Source of the DNA: Rhodanobacteraceae bacterium
GTDB lineage: Bacteria > Pseudomonadota > Gammaproteobacteria > Xanthomonadales > Rhodanobacteraceae
NCBI GenBank assembly: GCA_035263065.1
Contig: DATFRS010000337.1
Coordinates: 1 to 53,994, forward strand
Length of the DNA: 53,994 nucleotides
Reading direction: 5' to 3'
In this document: positions 18,633 to 27,588 of the stretch, in pieces
Layout: each line of letters starts with the position of its first letter
Position numbering within the stretch: position 1 is the stretch's first letter
Notes under the pieces: generated by a model
The model's database searches: none
Seen by the model: only the letters and a program-made list of their open reading frames with translations
Told to the model about the DNA's origin: nothing
Translations under genes and position numbers: made by a program

Positions 18633-20797
18633 AGTTCGCGCTGCGTCGCGCGCTGCCGGCGCTGGCGGTACTGGCGCTCCTGCTCGCGTCGCTGAAGCTC
18701 GCCGAGGACGCGGCCGGCGGCGGCGGTGTCGGTCTCTACTACCGCTGGATTCTCGGCGCGGCCGCGGCGGCGCTCGCGCTGCTCGCGCTCGTCATCGCGC
18801 AGCGCTTGTGGCGCCTGCGCGTCGATCTCGTGCGCGGCGCGCCCGGTGCGCGGCTCGGGCGACGACTGCTGCTGATGCTCGTGCTGCTCGCGGTGCCGCC
18901 GGTCGTCGTCGTGTACGGCTTCGCGCTGCGCTTCCTCGACGCGACCGTCGACAACTGGTTCAACGTCAAGCTCGAGCAGGCGCTCGACAACGCGCTGGAG
19001 ATCGGCCGCATCGTCATCGACGAGCGCCTGCGCGTCGCCGAGCAGTCGAGCGTCGGCCTCGCGGCGCGCCTGCAAGGGCTCACCGCCACCGAATTGCAGG
19101 GCGTGCTCGACAACGAGATCGACGCGCTCGGCGCGACGCAGCTCACCGTGTTCGGCGACGGCCGCGTGATCGCGACGGCGAGCTCCGATCCGCGCTATCT
19201 CGATCCGCCGCTGCCGGACGCCACGATGTCGATGCGCATCGAAGGCAACGGCCGCTACGCCGCGGCCGAACCGATCGGCGATCTCCTGATGCTGCGCGTC
19301 GCGGTGCCGGTCACCGGCGAAGTGCCCGGCACGAAGCGTCTGCTGCAGGGCCTGTTTCCGTTGCCGACGCGCCTGCAGACGCTGACGCGCGGCATCGAGA
19401 ATGCAAGCTTCGATTTCCAGCGGCTCAAGTTCCTGCGCGGCTCGCTGAAGCTGACGTTCGCGCTGATCCTGACGTTCGCGCTGCTGCTGTCCGCGCTGCT
19501 GGTGACGCTGGCGGCGTTCAGCGTCGCGCGCCGGCTCGTCGCGCCGCTCGGCCGCCTGATCTCGGCGACGCGCGCCGTCGGCGCCGGCCGCTACGACACG
19601 CCGCTGCCGATCGCGAGCAACGACGAAGTCGGCTTCCTCGTCAATTCGTTCGCGACGATGACGCGCGAGATCGAGTTCGCGAGCGCGCGCGCGCAGAAGA
19701 GCGCGCAGGAGACCGAGCGCCAGCGCGAATGGCTCGTCGCGCTGCTCGAGCGGCTGTCCGCGGGCGTGCTCGGCTTCGATCAGTCGGGGCGGCTGCGCAT
19801 CGCCAACCGCGCGGCCGAGGCGATCCTCGGCGTCAGCACGGCGAGCTATCTCGGCCGGCCGCTCGCCGATCTCGAGCGCGAGCATCCGCAGCTCGCGACG
19901 TTCACCGAGCCGCTCGCGCAGCATCTGCGCGGCGGCCTGCGCGAGTGGCGCGAGGAGCTCGTCGTCGACACCGCCGACGGCCGACGCGTGCTGATGCTGC
20001 GCGGCACGGAGCTTCCGGACGACGCCGGCTACGTCGCGGTGTTCGACGATCTCACCGTGCTGAATCGTGCGCAGCGCGACGCGGCGTGGGGCGAAGTCGC
20101 GCGGCGTCTCGCCCACGAAGTGCGCAATCCGCTGACGCCGATCCAGCTCGCGGCCGAGCGCCTGCGCCGGCGTTTCCTCGGCCGGCTTTCGGCGGAGGAG
20201 GGCGAGCTGATCGATCGCGCGACGCATACGATCGTGAGCCAGGTCGAGGCGCTAAAGACGATGGTCAACGCGTTCGGCGACTACGCGCGCCCGCAGGCGG
20301 CGGCGCTGCGGCCGATCGCGCTGCATGCGCTGCTCGACGACGTGCTCGATCTCTACGAGAACGATCAGCGCATCGGCCTCGCCCGTGACCTCGCCGAAGG
20401 CGAGCCGCTGGTGCGCGCGGACGCGGTGCGCCTCAGGCAGGCGCTGCACAACCTCATCAAGAACGCGCTCGAAGCGATCGGCGATGCGCGCAAGCCGCAG
20501 ATCCTCGTGTCGACGCGCATCGTGCGCGACGACGAGCAGGATTTCGTCGAGCTCGCCGTCGCCGACAACGGCCCCGGCCTCCCGAGCGGATTCGGCGACC
20601 GCTGGTTCGAGCCGTACACGACGAGCAAGAGCAAGGGCACCGGCCTCGGTCTCGCCGTCGTCAAGAAGATCGCCGAAGAGCACGGCGGCAACATCCGCGC
20701 TGAGAATCGTGCGCAGGGCGGCGCCGTGTTCACGCTGCGCCTGCCGATCGATGCGGTGCCCGGCACGTCGAAGCCGGCCGCCGCCGCGGTGCGCTGA
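18611..20797 (+). CDS. ntrY: NtrY-type sensor histidine kinase (TM-HAMP-PAS-HisKA-HATPase)
   Basis: AAWGEVARRLAHEVRNPLTPIQLAAERL, HNLIKNA, DNGPG, GTGLGL; several N-terminal TM helices. Confidence 0.9.
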   Translation: MATRGWLKFALRRALPALAVLALLLASLKLAEDAAGGGGVGLYYRWILGAAAAALALLALVIAQRLWRLRVDLVRGAPGARLGRRLLLMLVLLAVPPVVVVYGFALRFLDATVDNWFNVKLEQALDNALEIGRIVIDERLRVAEQSSVGLAARLQGLTATELQGVLDNEIDALGATQLTVFGDGRVIATASSDPRYLDPPLPDATMSMRIEGNGRYAAAEPIGDLLMLRVAVPVTGEVPGTKRLLQGLFPLPTRLQTLTRGIENASFDFQRLKFLRGSLKLTFALILTFALLLSALLVTLAAFSVARRLVAPLGRLISATRAVGAGRYDTPLPIASNDEVGFLVNSFATMTREIEFASARAQKSAQETERQREWLVALLERLSAGVLGFDQSGRLRIANRAAEAILGVSTASYLGRPLADLEREHPQLATFTEPLAQHLRGGLREWREELVVDTADGRRVLMLRGTELPDDAGYVAVFDDLTVLNRAQRDAAWGEVARRLAHEVRNPLTPIQLAAERLRRRFLGRLSAEEGELIDRATHTIVSQVEALKTMVNAFGDYARPQAAALRPIALHALLDDVLDLYENDQRIGLARDLAEGEPLVRADAVRLRQALHNLIKNALEAIGDARKPQILVSTRIVRDDEQDFVELAVADNGPGLPSGFGDRWFEPYTTSKSKGTGLGLAVVKKIAEEHGGNIRAENRAQGGAVFTLRLPIDAVPGTSKPAAAAVR

Positions 20798-20910
20798 CGC
20801 GCCGCGCAATCGCGAAAGAATTGCCAAGCACTCACGCAAGTTCGTCGGGCCCGGCGTCCGCGCGATCCCGCTAGCGTCGGCCTGCGTGCGGCGACAACGG
20901 CAATTCGGCC

Positions 20911-21291
20911 ATGACGGACCCGGCATTGACGGACATCGATGCGCTGGTGACCGAGTTCGCGGACCTCGTCGTCGCGCAGAACGAGGCGATCCAGCGCAAC
21001 GATCCCGCGAAGGCGACGCACTGCGCGAAACAGCGCGTCGCGGTGTTCAGTCGACTGCGCACCTACGGCAATCGCGGACGCAACGCGCTCGCGTGTCTGC
21101 TGGCGGATCTCCGCCCGGGCGTGCGCGTGATGGCCGCGGCGTACCTGCTGCGGCATCGCACGGAGGATGCGATCGTCGTGCTCGAAGAGGAAGCCGAGGG
21201 CGATGGCCTCACGGCGTTCGCGGCGGCGCATGCTCTCAACCGCTGGTACGACGGGACGTGGAACTACGATCTCGATCAGGAGGACGGCTAG
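20911..21291 (+). CDS. DUF2019-like protein (putative toxin immunity protein)
   Basis: LVTEFADLVVAQNEAI...GRNALACLL...VRVMAAAYLLR...ALNRWYDGTW matches my recollection of DUF2019 proteins. Confidence 0.72.
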   Translation: MTDPALTDIDALVTEFADLVVAQNEAIQRNDPAKATHCAKQRVAVFSRLRTYGNRGRNALACLLADLRPGVRVMAAAYLLRHRTEDAIVVLEEEAEGDGLTAFAAAHALNRWYDGTWNYDLDQEDG

Positions 21292-22283
21292 CGCCCGGCG
21301 AGCGACCGTATGGCCGTCGCGAGCCGCTGCCGGAACGCGCGATCGTTCTGCTCCCACCACTCCCGCGCCGCGTCGCTGAGCGAGCGCCGCTGCGCGGCAT
21401 CGAGCGCGAGCATGCGCGCGACGCCGGCTTCGATCGCCGCGCCGTCGACGAAATACGTGGTCGCGAGCTGCTGCGTGCCGCTGCGCACATAGGGCACGAG
21501 CACGCCGCGCTCGTTCGTGACCATCTCGTTCATCGGCGGCGCGTCGGTCGCGAGCGTGATCGCGCCGACGCTCATGCCTTCGACGAGGTGATGGCCGAAG
21601 CCTTCGGTTTCGGACGGGCAGAGATGGAACAGGTTGCGGTTCTGCAGCGTGCGCAGGTCGGCGTCGTCGATGTAGTCGGTGATGAGCCTGATGTTCGAGG
21701 GCAGCGTCGGCGGAAGCTTCAGCGGCTTGCGCTGGATGATCGTGACGAGCGGCCATTCCGGATGCCGCAGCCACGCGTCGACGGTCGCCTGCGTGCCCTT
21801 GTTGCCGCTGCGGCCGCCGAGGTGGAAGAACGTCGGCTCGCGCGGGACGTCGGCGAGGCGCCGGTCGATGCTCGTGAAGCCGACGAAATCGGCGCGGCAG
21901 CCGAGCGCTTCGAAGAGCGGCACGGCGTGGCGCGTTTTCGCAAACACAGAGTCGATGAGGCCGAGGTCCTTCGTCCACGCGACGTCGAACCATTCCGGGT
22001 GCGGCATCAGCACGTTGCGGCGCGCGAGCGGCACGTATTTCGGGCGCAGGCGCTCGTCCATCAGGTTGACGTCGAAGCGCGCGTGCGCGCGGCCTTCGCG
22101 GAAGCCGCGCCACGCGAGCTTCGCCCTGACGCGCGCGAACTGGAGCTGGCGGCGCAACCCGCCGGCGCCGATCGCGCTGATCGTGAGATCGAAGCCGGCT
22201 TCGCCGATGGCGACGCGCAGGATCTCGAGATCGCGCGAAAGGCCCGCGCCGTTGTCGCGTGCGACGAGATGGACGCGGATCAT
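21288..22283 (-). CDS. GT-B fold glycosyltransferase (GT4-like)
   Basis: NGAGLSRD, FFHLGGRSGNKG, CPSETEGFGHHLVE (E-x7-E), TDAPPMNE; start ATG 22283 overlaps the upstream stop (ATGA). Confidence 0.87.
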   Translation of the reverse strand: MIRVHLVARDNGAGLSRDLEILRVAIGEAGFDLTISAIGAGGLRRQLQFARVRAKLAWRGFREGRAHARFDVNLMDERLRPKYVPLARRNVLMPHPEWFDVAWTKDLGLIDSVFAKTRHAVPLFEALGCRADFVGFTSIDRRLADVPREPTFFHLGGRSGNKGTQATVDAWLRHPEWPLVTIIQRKPLKLPPTLPSNIRLITDYIDDADLRTLQNRNLFHLCPSETEGFGHHLVEGMSVGAITLATDAPPMNEMVTNERGVLVPYVRSGTQQLATTYFVDGAAIEAGVARMLALDAAQRRSLSDAAREWWEQNDRAFRQRLATAIRSLAGR

Positions 22284-23125
22284 GCGGACGCTCCGGGCCC
22301 GCGCAGATCGCGCGGCGGCTCGGCGAACTCGGCGAGGTGACCGTCGACGCCGCGCTCGCAGCGGACGGCATGCGTGCGCAGCGTCTCGGCGATCATGCGG
22401 TTCGCCGGGAGGCTCATGTCGTTCGGATCGTCCGGCGCGCGCGACGTGTGGAACAGATGGATCGCGAGGCCGGCGAACTTGAGCTGGCGCCGCCGCACGC
22501 CGGCGTGGCGCATGCGCTTGGCGAGCTCCTGGTCCTCGCCGCCGTAGCCTTCGAAGCGCTCGTCGAAGCCGTTGACGCGCAGGAGATCCTCGCGCCATGC
22601 GCTCATGTTGCAGCTGAAGATGCGCCCGCCGGATTTCGAGCGCGCCTTGATGCGCGCGAGCCACGGCATTCGGAGCGCGCGATGCGGCGGAAAGCGGCCC
22701 GGCATCAGCGGGCTGAAGCGCGGCGCGCCGCCTTCGAGCAGGCGTTTCGTTTCCGCGGGGCTCGCGTTGAGGCGGCTGCCTTGCAGGGAATGTCCGGGCA
22801 GCGCGAGCGCGGCATGGTCGGCGATGAAGTCGCGGTGCAGGACCATGTCGCCGTCGATCAGCACGACGTAGTCGCCGCGCGACGCCGCGATGCCGCGGTT
22901 GCGCGCGCGTGCCGCGCGAAAGCCGAGATCGTCCTGCCAGACGTGCGCGATGCGGCACGGAAAGCCGCGCGCGCTGCGGGCGATCGTGTCGCGCGTCGCT
23001 TCGCTCGAACCGTCGTCGGTGACGATCACTTCGTCCGCAAGCATCGACTGGCGCGCGGCGCTGTCGAGCACGCGCTCGAGCGCCGTCGGCCAGTTGTAGG
23101 TCAGGAGCACCAGGCTGATGCGCAT
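22280..23125 (-). CDS. Glycosyltransferase family 2
   Basis: ISLVLLTYNW, TDDGS, ARARNRG, IDGD, VNGFDERFEGYGGED. Confidence 0.93.
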   Translation of the reverse strand: MRISLVLLTYNWPTALERVLDSAARQSMLADEVIVTDDGSSEATRDTIARSARGFPCRIAHVWQDDLGFRAARARNRGIAASRGDYVVLIDGDMVLHRDFIADHAALALPGHSLQGSRLNASPAETKRLLEGGAPRFSPLMPGRFPPHRALRMPWLARIKARSKSGGRIFSCNMSAWREDLLRVNGFDERFEGYGGEDQELAKRMRHAGVRRRQLKFAGLAIHLFHTSRAPDDPNDMSLPANRMIAETLRTHAVRCERGVDGHLAEFAEPPRDLRGPGASA

Positions 23126-23138
23126 GCGGCGCGGCCGG

Positions 23139-23909
23139 TCAGATCGGATAGCCGCGATTGAGCAGCCACAGCTTGATGAATTTCTGGCGCACGTAGTTCG
23201 ACTTGATGCACGCGTAGATGAGTCCGCGCCAGCCGTCGAGGAAGCCGGCGCGGAGCACGTAGCCGCGCGCGAAGCGCCAGAACGGATTGGCGAAGAAGTT
23301 GAACACGTGCGCGCGGCGGCCCTGCGCGTGCATGTGCTCGGCCATCATGCGCGCGTAGCGCTCCATGCGCGTCAGGTGATCGCTGAGCGAACGGTACGCG
23401 TGATGCTCGAGATCGCCGCGGAGATCGATGACCGTGCCGTCGACGCTCGCATGCTCGTGGATCTCGCGATCGCCGCGCCAGCCGCCGCGTCGGCGGTCGA
23501 ACAGGCGCATCACGCGATCGGGATACGCGTTGCCGTGGCGAAGGTACGCGCCGAAATATTCGGTCATGCGCGGGAAGCGATACCCCGACGCGCGGACGAA
23601 GCCCGCGTCGCGCTCGCGCTCGATCTCGGCGCGCAAGGCGGGCGTCACGCGCTCGTCGGCGTCGAGGCAGAGCACCCAGTCGTTGTTCGCGAGGCCGACG
23701 GCGTATGCTTTCTGCGTCCGGTAGCCGTCGAACGGCCGCACGACGACGCGCGCGCCGTGCGCCGCGGCCCGCTCGCGCGTGTCGTCGGTCGATCCGGAAT
23801 CGACCACGATGGCCTCGTCGCAGAACGCGAGCGATTCGAGGCAAGCGTCGATGCGGTCTGCCTCGTTGAGGGTGATGATGCAGGCCGACAGGCCGGAACG
23901 TTGAGGCAT
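23139..23909 (-). CDS. GT2 glycosyltransferase, WaaE/KdtX-like (LPS core)
   Basis: SACIITLNEA, VVDSGSTD, LCLDADE, IHE, GFLDGWRGL. Confidence 0.9.
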   Translation of the reverse strand: MPQRSGLSACIITLNEADRIDACLESLAFCDEAIVVDSGSTDDTRERAAAHGARVVVRPFDGYRTQKAYAVGLANNDWVLCLDADERVTPALRAEIERERDAGFVRASGYRFPRMTEYFGAYLRHGNAYPDRVMRLFDRRRGGWRGDREIHEHASVDGTVIDLRGDLEHHAYRSLSDHLTRMERYARMMAEHMHAQGRRAHVFNFFANPFWRFARGYVLRAGFLDGWRGLIYACIKSNYVRQKFIKLWLLNRGYPI

Positions 23910-24133
23910 GGGAGGCGGCTGGCTCAAGACGGCAAGGTTAGCGGACTCGTGCGCCCGGAGCACGCGCCCGGTCGCACGCGCGAATCTTGCGGCCGTACAC
24001 GCGCGGCGTCGTATGCTCGCGCACGGGGAGGCGGGTCCGGGTCTTTATTCCTGCGAGCGTGCCCCCACCGAGAAGCGGGCCGCGTGCGGGCGATCGCGCC
24101 GCCGGTGAATCCCGAAGGACTGGACAGGACGGC

Positions 24134-25186
24134 ATGGCGCATTACCTGTTGTTTGCCACGGAACTCTACGCGCTGCCGGTGCTGCGGCCGATCGATGCCG
24201 CGATCCGCGCGATGGGCGGGGAGGCCGCGTGGTTCGCGCCCGCGACGTTCAAGGAGCACCTGCACGGACCCGAGCGCCTGCTGCCCGACATCGCCTCGGT
24301 CGGCGCGTGGCAGCCCGAAGCCGTGTTCGCCGCGAGCAACTGGGTGCCGCAGTTCTTTCCGGGCGCCAAGGTGCAGGTGTTCCACGGCTTCAGCGTCGAC
24401 AAGCGCTCGCCGGAGCGCGGCCATTTCCGCATCCGCGGGCTGTTCGATCTCTACTGCACGCAGGGTCCCGCGACGACGCAGCCGTTCCAGAAGCTCGCGC
24501 GCGAGCACGGGCATTTCGCCGTCGCCGAAACGGGCTGGCCGAAGCTCGATCCGCTGTTCGCGCCGGACGACGGCAGCGCGGCGGCGCTGCGTCCGTCTGA
24601 TGGGCGGCCGGTCGTTCTCTATGCCGCGACCTTCACCGAAACGCTGAGCTCCGCGCGCGCGCTGCTCGACGAAATCACCGCGCAGGTCGCGCGCGGCGAT
24701 CGCTACTGGCTGCTCACGCTGCATCCGAAGACCGATCCTGCGCTGGTCGATGCGTATCGCCGCCTTGCCGGGCCGAACGCGCGCTTCATCGAGCCGGATG
24801 CGCTCGTGCCTGCGCTGCGCGCCGCGCACGTGCTGGTCTGCGACACGTCGTCGGTGGTCTCGGAGTTCGTCGTGCAGCGCAAGCCCGTCGTCACGTTCCG
24901 CAACCGCGCGCCGAAGCCGCACATGATCGACATCGCCGAGCCTGCCGATCTCGAAATGGCGCTGCAGCGCGCGTTCGCGCCGACCGACGTGCTCCGCGCC
25001 GAGCTCGCGGCGTACGGCGACCTCATCCATCCGTGGCGCGACGGCCGTTCCAGCGAGCGCGTGCTCGGCGCCGCGCGCGACTTCGTCGCCGGCCGCTTCG
25101 GCGAGCTCGCGCGCAAGCCCGCCAACGTCTGGCGACGCCTCCAGATGCGCTCGCGGTTGCGCAAGTTCGGGTCCCAGTCGGCCTGA
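24134..25186 (+). CDS. CDP-glycerol glycerophosphotransferase family protein
   Basis: QVFHG, TGWPKLD, LYAATF, LHPK, CDTSS motifs; RBS AGGA before ATG 24134. Confidence 0.85.
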   Translation: MAHYLLFATELYALPVLRPIDAAIRAMGGEAAWFAPATFKEHLHGPERLLPDIASVGAWQPEAVFAASNWVPQFFPGAKVQVFHGFSVDKRSPERGHFRIRGLFDLYCTQGPATTQPFQKLAREHGHFAVAETGWPKLDPLFAPDDGSAAALRPSDGRPVVLYAATFTETLSSARALLDEITAQVARGDRYWLLTLHPKTDPALVDAYRRLAGPNARFIEPDALVPALRAAHVLVCDTSSVVSEFVVQRKPVVTFRNRAPKPHMIDIAEPADLEMALQRAFAPTDVLRAELAAYGDLIHPWRDGRSSERVLGAARDFVAGRFGELARKPANVWRRLQMRSRLRKFGSQSA

Positions 25187-25256
25187 AATCCGGTCATCCA
25201 CCGGTCCGCCGGCTGCGCTATGCTCCGGTGTCGTTTTTTTGCAACCGGTGACCGCC

Positions 25257-26645
25257 ATGACGAACGCCCGCGTGCTCGTCGTCGACGACGAGCCTGACAT
25301 CCGGCAGACCGTCAGGGACATCCTCGAGGACGAGGGCTACGTCGTCGACACCGCCGAATCGGCCGCCGCGGCCCGCGAGGCGCGCCGGCAGCAGCGGCCC
25401 GATCTCGTGCTGCTGGACATCTGGATGCCCGATCTCGACGGCATCAGCCTCCTGCGCGAATGGAACGAGCGCGGCGGATTGCCGTGCCCCGTGATCATGA
25501 TCAGCGGCCACGGGACCGTCGAAACCGCGGTCGAGGCGACGCGGCTCGGCGCGTGGGACTTCATCGAAAAGCCCATTTCGCTCGCGAAACTGTTGCTCGT
25601 CATCCAGCGCGCGCTTGAAGCAAGCCGTTTGAAACGCGAGAACGAAGGCCTCCGCCGCCAGCTCCCCGCGCCGATCGAAGTCATCGGCACCGGCCGCGGC
25701 ATGCAGGCGCTGCGCGAGCAGGTCGAGCGCATCGCCGCGCACGACACCTGGGTGCTGATCCACGGCGAGCCCGGCACCGGCAAGGAAACGCTCGCGCGGG
25801 CGCTGCACGAGCGCAGCGCGCGCCGCGCGGGACCGTTCGTCACCGTCGCCGCCGGCGCGATCGCGCGCGAGCATGCGGCGCAGACGCTGTTCGGCGTCGA
25901 GGACGTCACCGGCATCCAGCAAGGCCTGATCGAGCAGGCGAACGGCGGCACGCTGTTCCTCGACGAGCTCGCCGATCTCGATCCGGAACTGCAGCTGCGC
26001 CTCTCGAGCGTGCTCGAGCGGCGCGTGCTGATGCGCTGCGGCGGACACGAGCCGGTCGCGATCGATGCGCGCGTGATCGCGGCGAGCGCGCAGGATCTCG
26101 GCGCGCTGGTCGCCGCCGGGAAATTCCGCGAGGAGCTCTACTACCAGTTGAAGGTCGTGCCGATCGAAGTGCCGCCGCTGCGCGAGCGCGTCGACGACAT
26201 TCCGGAATTGCTGCGCTATCACGCCGACTATTTCGCCAATCGCGACAAGCTGCCGTACCGCAACTTCCCGGTCGCGGTGCAGAACCGCCTGCGCAACTAC
26301 CCGTGGCCGGGGAATCTGCGCGAGCTGCGCAATCTCGTGCAGCGCCTCCTGATCCTCGGCAACGCGCCGGACGTCGGGCTCGACGAGGTCGAGCAGGCGC
26401 TCGGCGCGACGGTGCCCGCGACGCTGGCGGCGGCATCGGCGCAGATCCACGACGGCATCGATTTCTCGCTGCCGCTCCGCGAGGCGCGCGAGCAGTTCGA
26501 GCGCGCGTATCTCTTGCATCAGCTCGGTGCGGCGGGCGGCAGCGTCGGCAAGCTCGCCAAGGCGGTCGGGATGGAGCGGACTCATCTCTATCGCAAGCTC
26601 AAGGATCTCGGCGTCGATCCGCGAGCGGCCGTGCGCGAGGGCTGA
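25257..26645 (+). CDS. ntrX: NtrX-type response regulator (REC-AAA+-Fis HTH)
   Basis: LLDIWMP, MISGHGTVETAVEATRLGAWDFIEKP, Walker A GEPGTGKE, Walker B TLFLDE, GMERTHLYRKLK. Confidence 0.9.
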   Translation: MTNARVLVVDDEPDIRQTVRDILEDEGYVVDTAESAAAAREARRQQRPDLVLLDIWMPDLDGISLLREWNERGGLPCPVIMISGHGTVETAVEATRLGAWDFIEKPISLAKLLLVIQRALEASRLKRENEGLRRQLPAPIEVIGTGRGMQALREQVERIAAHDTWVLIHGEPGTGKETLARALHERSARRAGPFVTVAAGAIAREHAAQTLFGVEDVTGIQQGLIEQANGGTLFLDELADLDPELQLRLSSVLERRVLMRCGGHEPVAIDARVIAASAQDLGALVAAGKFREELYYQLKVVPIEVPPLRERVDDIPELLRYHADYFANRDKLPYRNFPVAVQNRLRNYPWPGNLRELRNLVQRLLILGNAPDVGLDEVEQALGATVPATLAAASAQIHDGIDFSLPLREAREQFERAYLLHQLGAAGGSVGKLAKAVGMERTHLYRKLKDLGVDPRAAVREG

Positions 26646-26678
26646 AAGCGGCGCGTCACGCATCTATGCTGCACTGCG
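26642..26678 (+). promoter_or_regulatory. Putative sigma-70 promoter overlapped by a PhaR-like TGC repeat box
   Basis: CTGAAA (26642-26647) - 17 nt - TATGCT (26665-26670); TGCTGCACTGC at 26667-26677. Confidence 0.4.
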
Positions 26679-26745
26679 GAACTAACAGGGCGCAGGGCAG
26701 TCAGAAAAGAGGGTGCTTCATCACACACCCTGATCACTCCAACTG

Positions 26746-26779
26746 GCGCCGTTCCCGCGCGGGAACGGCGCACTTTTTT
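26746..26779 (+). terminator. Intrinsic terminator just upstream of the bdhA RBS
   Basis: 11-bp perfect stem GCGCCGTTCCC-GCGC-GGGAACGGCGC followed by ACTTTTTT. Confidence 0.75.
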
Positions 26780-26805
26780 GAGCGGCGCCCTCAAGGAGGA
26801 AGCAC

Positions 26806-27588
26806 GTGAAACTCGACGGCAAGGTGGCACTCGTGACCGGCGCGGCCAGCGGCATCGGCAAGCGCATCGCGGAGGTCTACGCGGAGAACGGCGCGGCGGT
26901 GGCCATCGCGGACCTCAATCTCGACGGCGCGAACGCAACCGCGAAGGAACTCGCGGCCAAGGGTGCGAAAGCGATCGGCGTCAAGATGGACGTGACGAAC
27001 GAGCAGGAGGTCGAGGACGGCGTCGCGTCGGTCGTGAAGACGCTCGGCCACGTCGACATCCTGGTCTCGAACGCCGGCATCCAGATCGTCAATCCGATCG
27101 AGAAATTCGCGTACGCCGACTGGAAGAAGCTGATGGCGATCCACGTCGACGGCGCGTTCCTGACGACGCGCGCGTGCCTGAAAGCGATGTACGCGCGCGG
27201 CCAGGGCGGCTCGATCATCTACATGGGCTCGGTGCATTCGAAGGAGGCTTCGAAGCTCAAGGCGCCGTACGTTGCGGCGAAGCACGCGCTGATCGGGCTT
27301 GCGAAAGTCGTCGCGAAGGAAGGTGCCGAGCACGGCGTGCGCGCCAACGTGATCTGCCCGGGCTTCGTGCGCACGCCGCTCGTCGAGAAACAGATTCCCG
27401 AGCAGGCGAAGGAATTCGGCATCTCCGAAGCGGACGTCGTCAAGAAGATCATGCTGAAGGACACCGTCGACGGCGAGTTCACGACCGTCGACGACGTGGC
27501 GCAGTGCGCGCTCTTCTTCGCCGGCTTCGAAACCAACGCGCTGACCGGCCAGAGCATCGTCGTCAGCCACGGCTGGTACATGCAATGA
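26806..27588 (+). CDS. bdhA: D-3-hydroxybutyrate dehydrogenase (SDR)
   Basis: [39 protein letters not shown]; RBS AAGGAGG before the GTG. Confidence 0.93.
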   Translation: MKLDGKVALVTGAASGIGKRIAEVYAENGAAVAIADLNLDGANATAKELAAKGAKAIGVKMDVTNEQEVEDGVASVVKTLGHVDILVSNAGIQIVNPIEKFAYADWKKLMAIHVDGAFLTTRACLKAMYARGQGGSIIYMGSVHSKEASKLKAPYVAAKHALIGLAKVVAKEGAEHGVRANVICPGFVRTPLVEKQIPEQAKEFGISEADVVKKIMLKDTVDGEFTTVDDVAQCALFFAGFETNALTGQSIVVSHGWYMQ

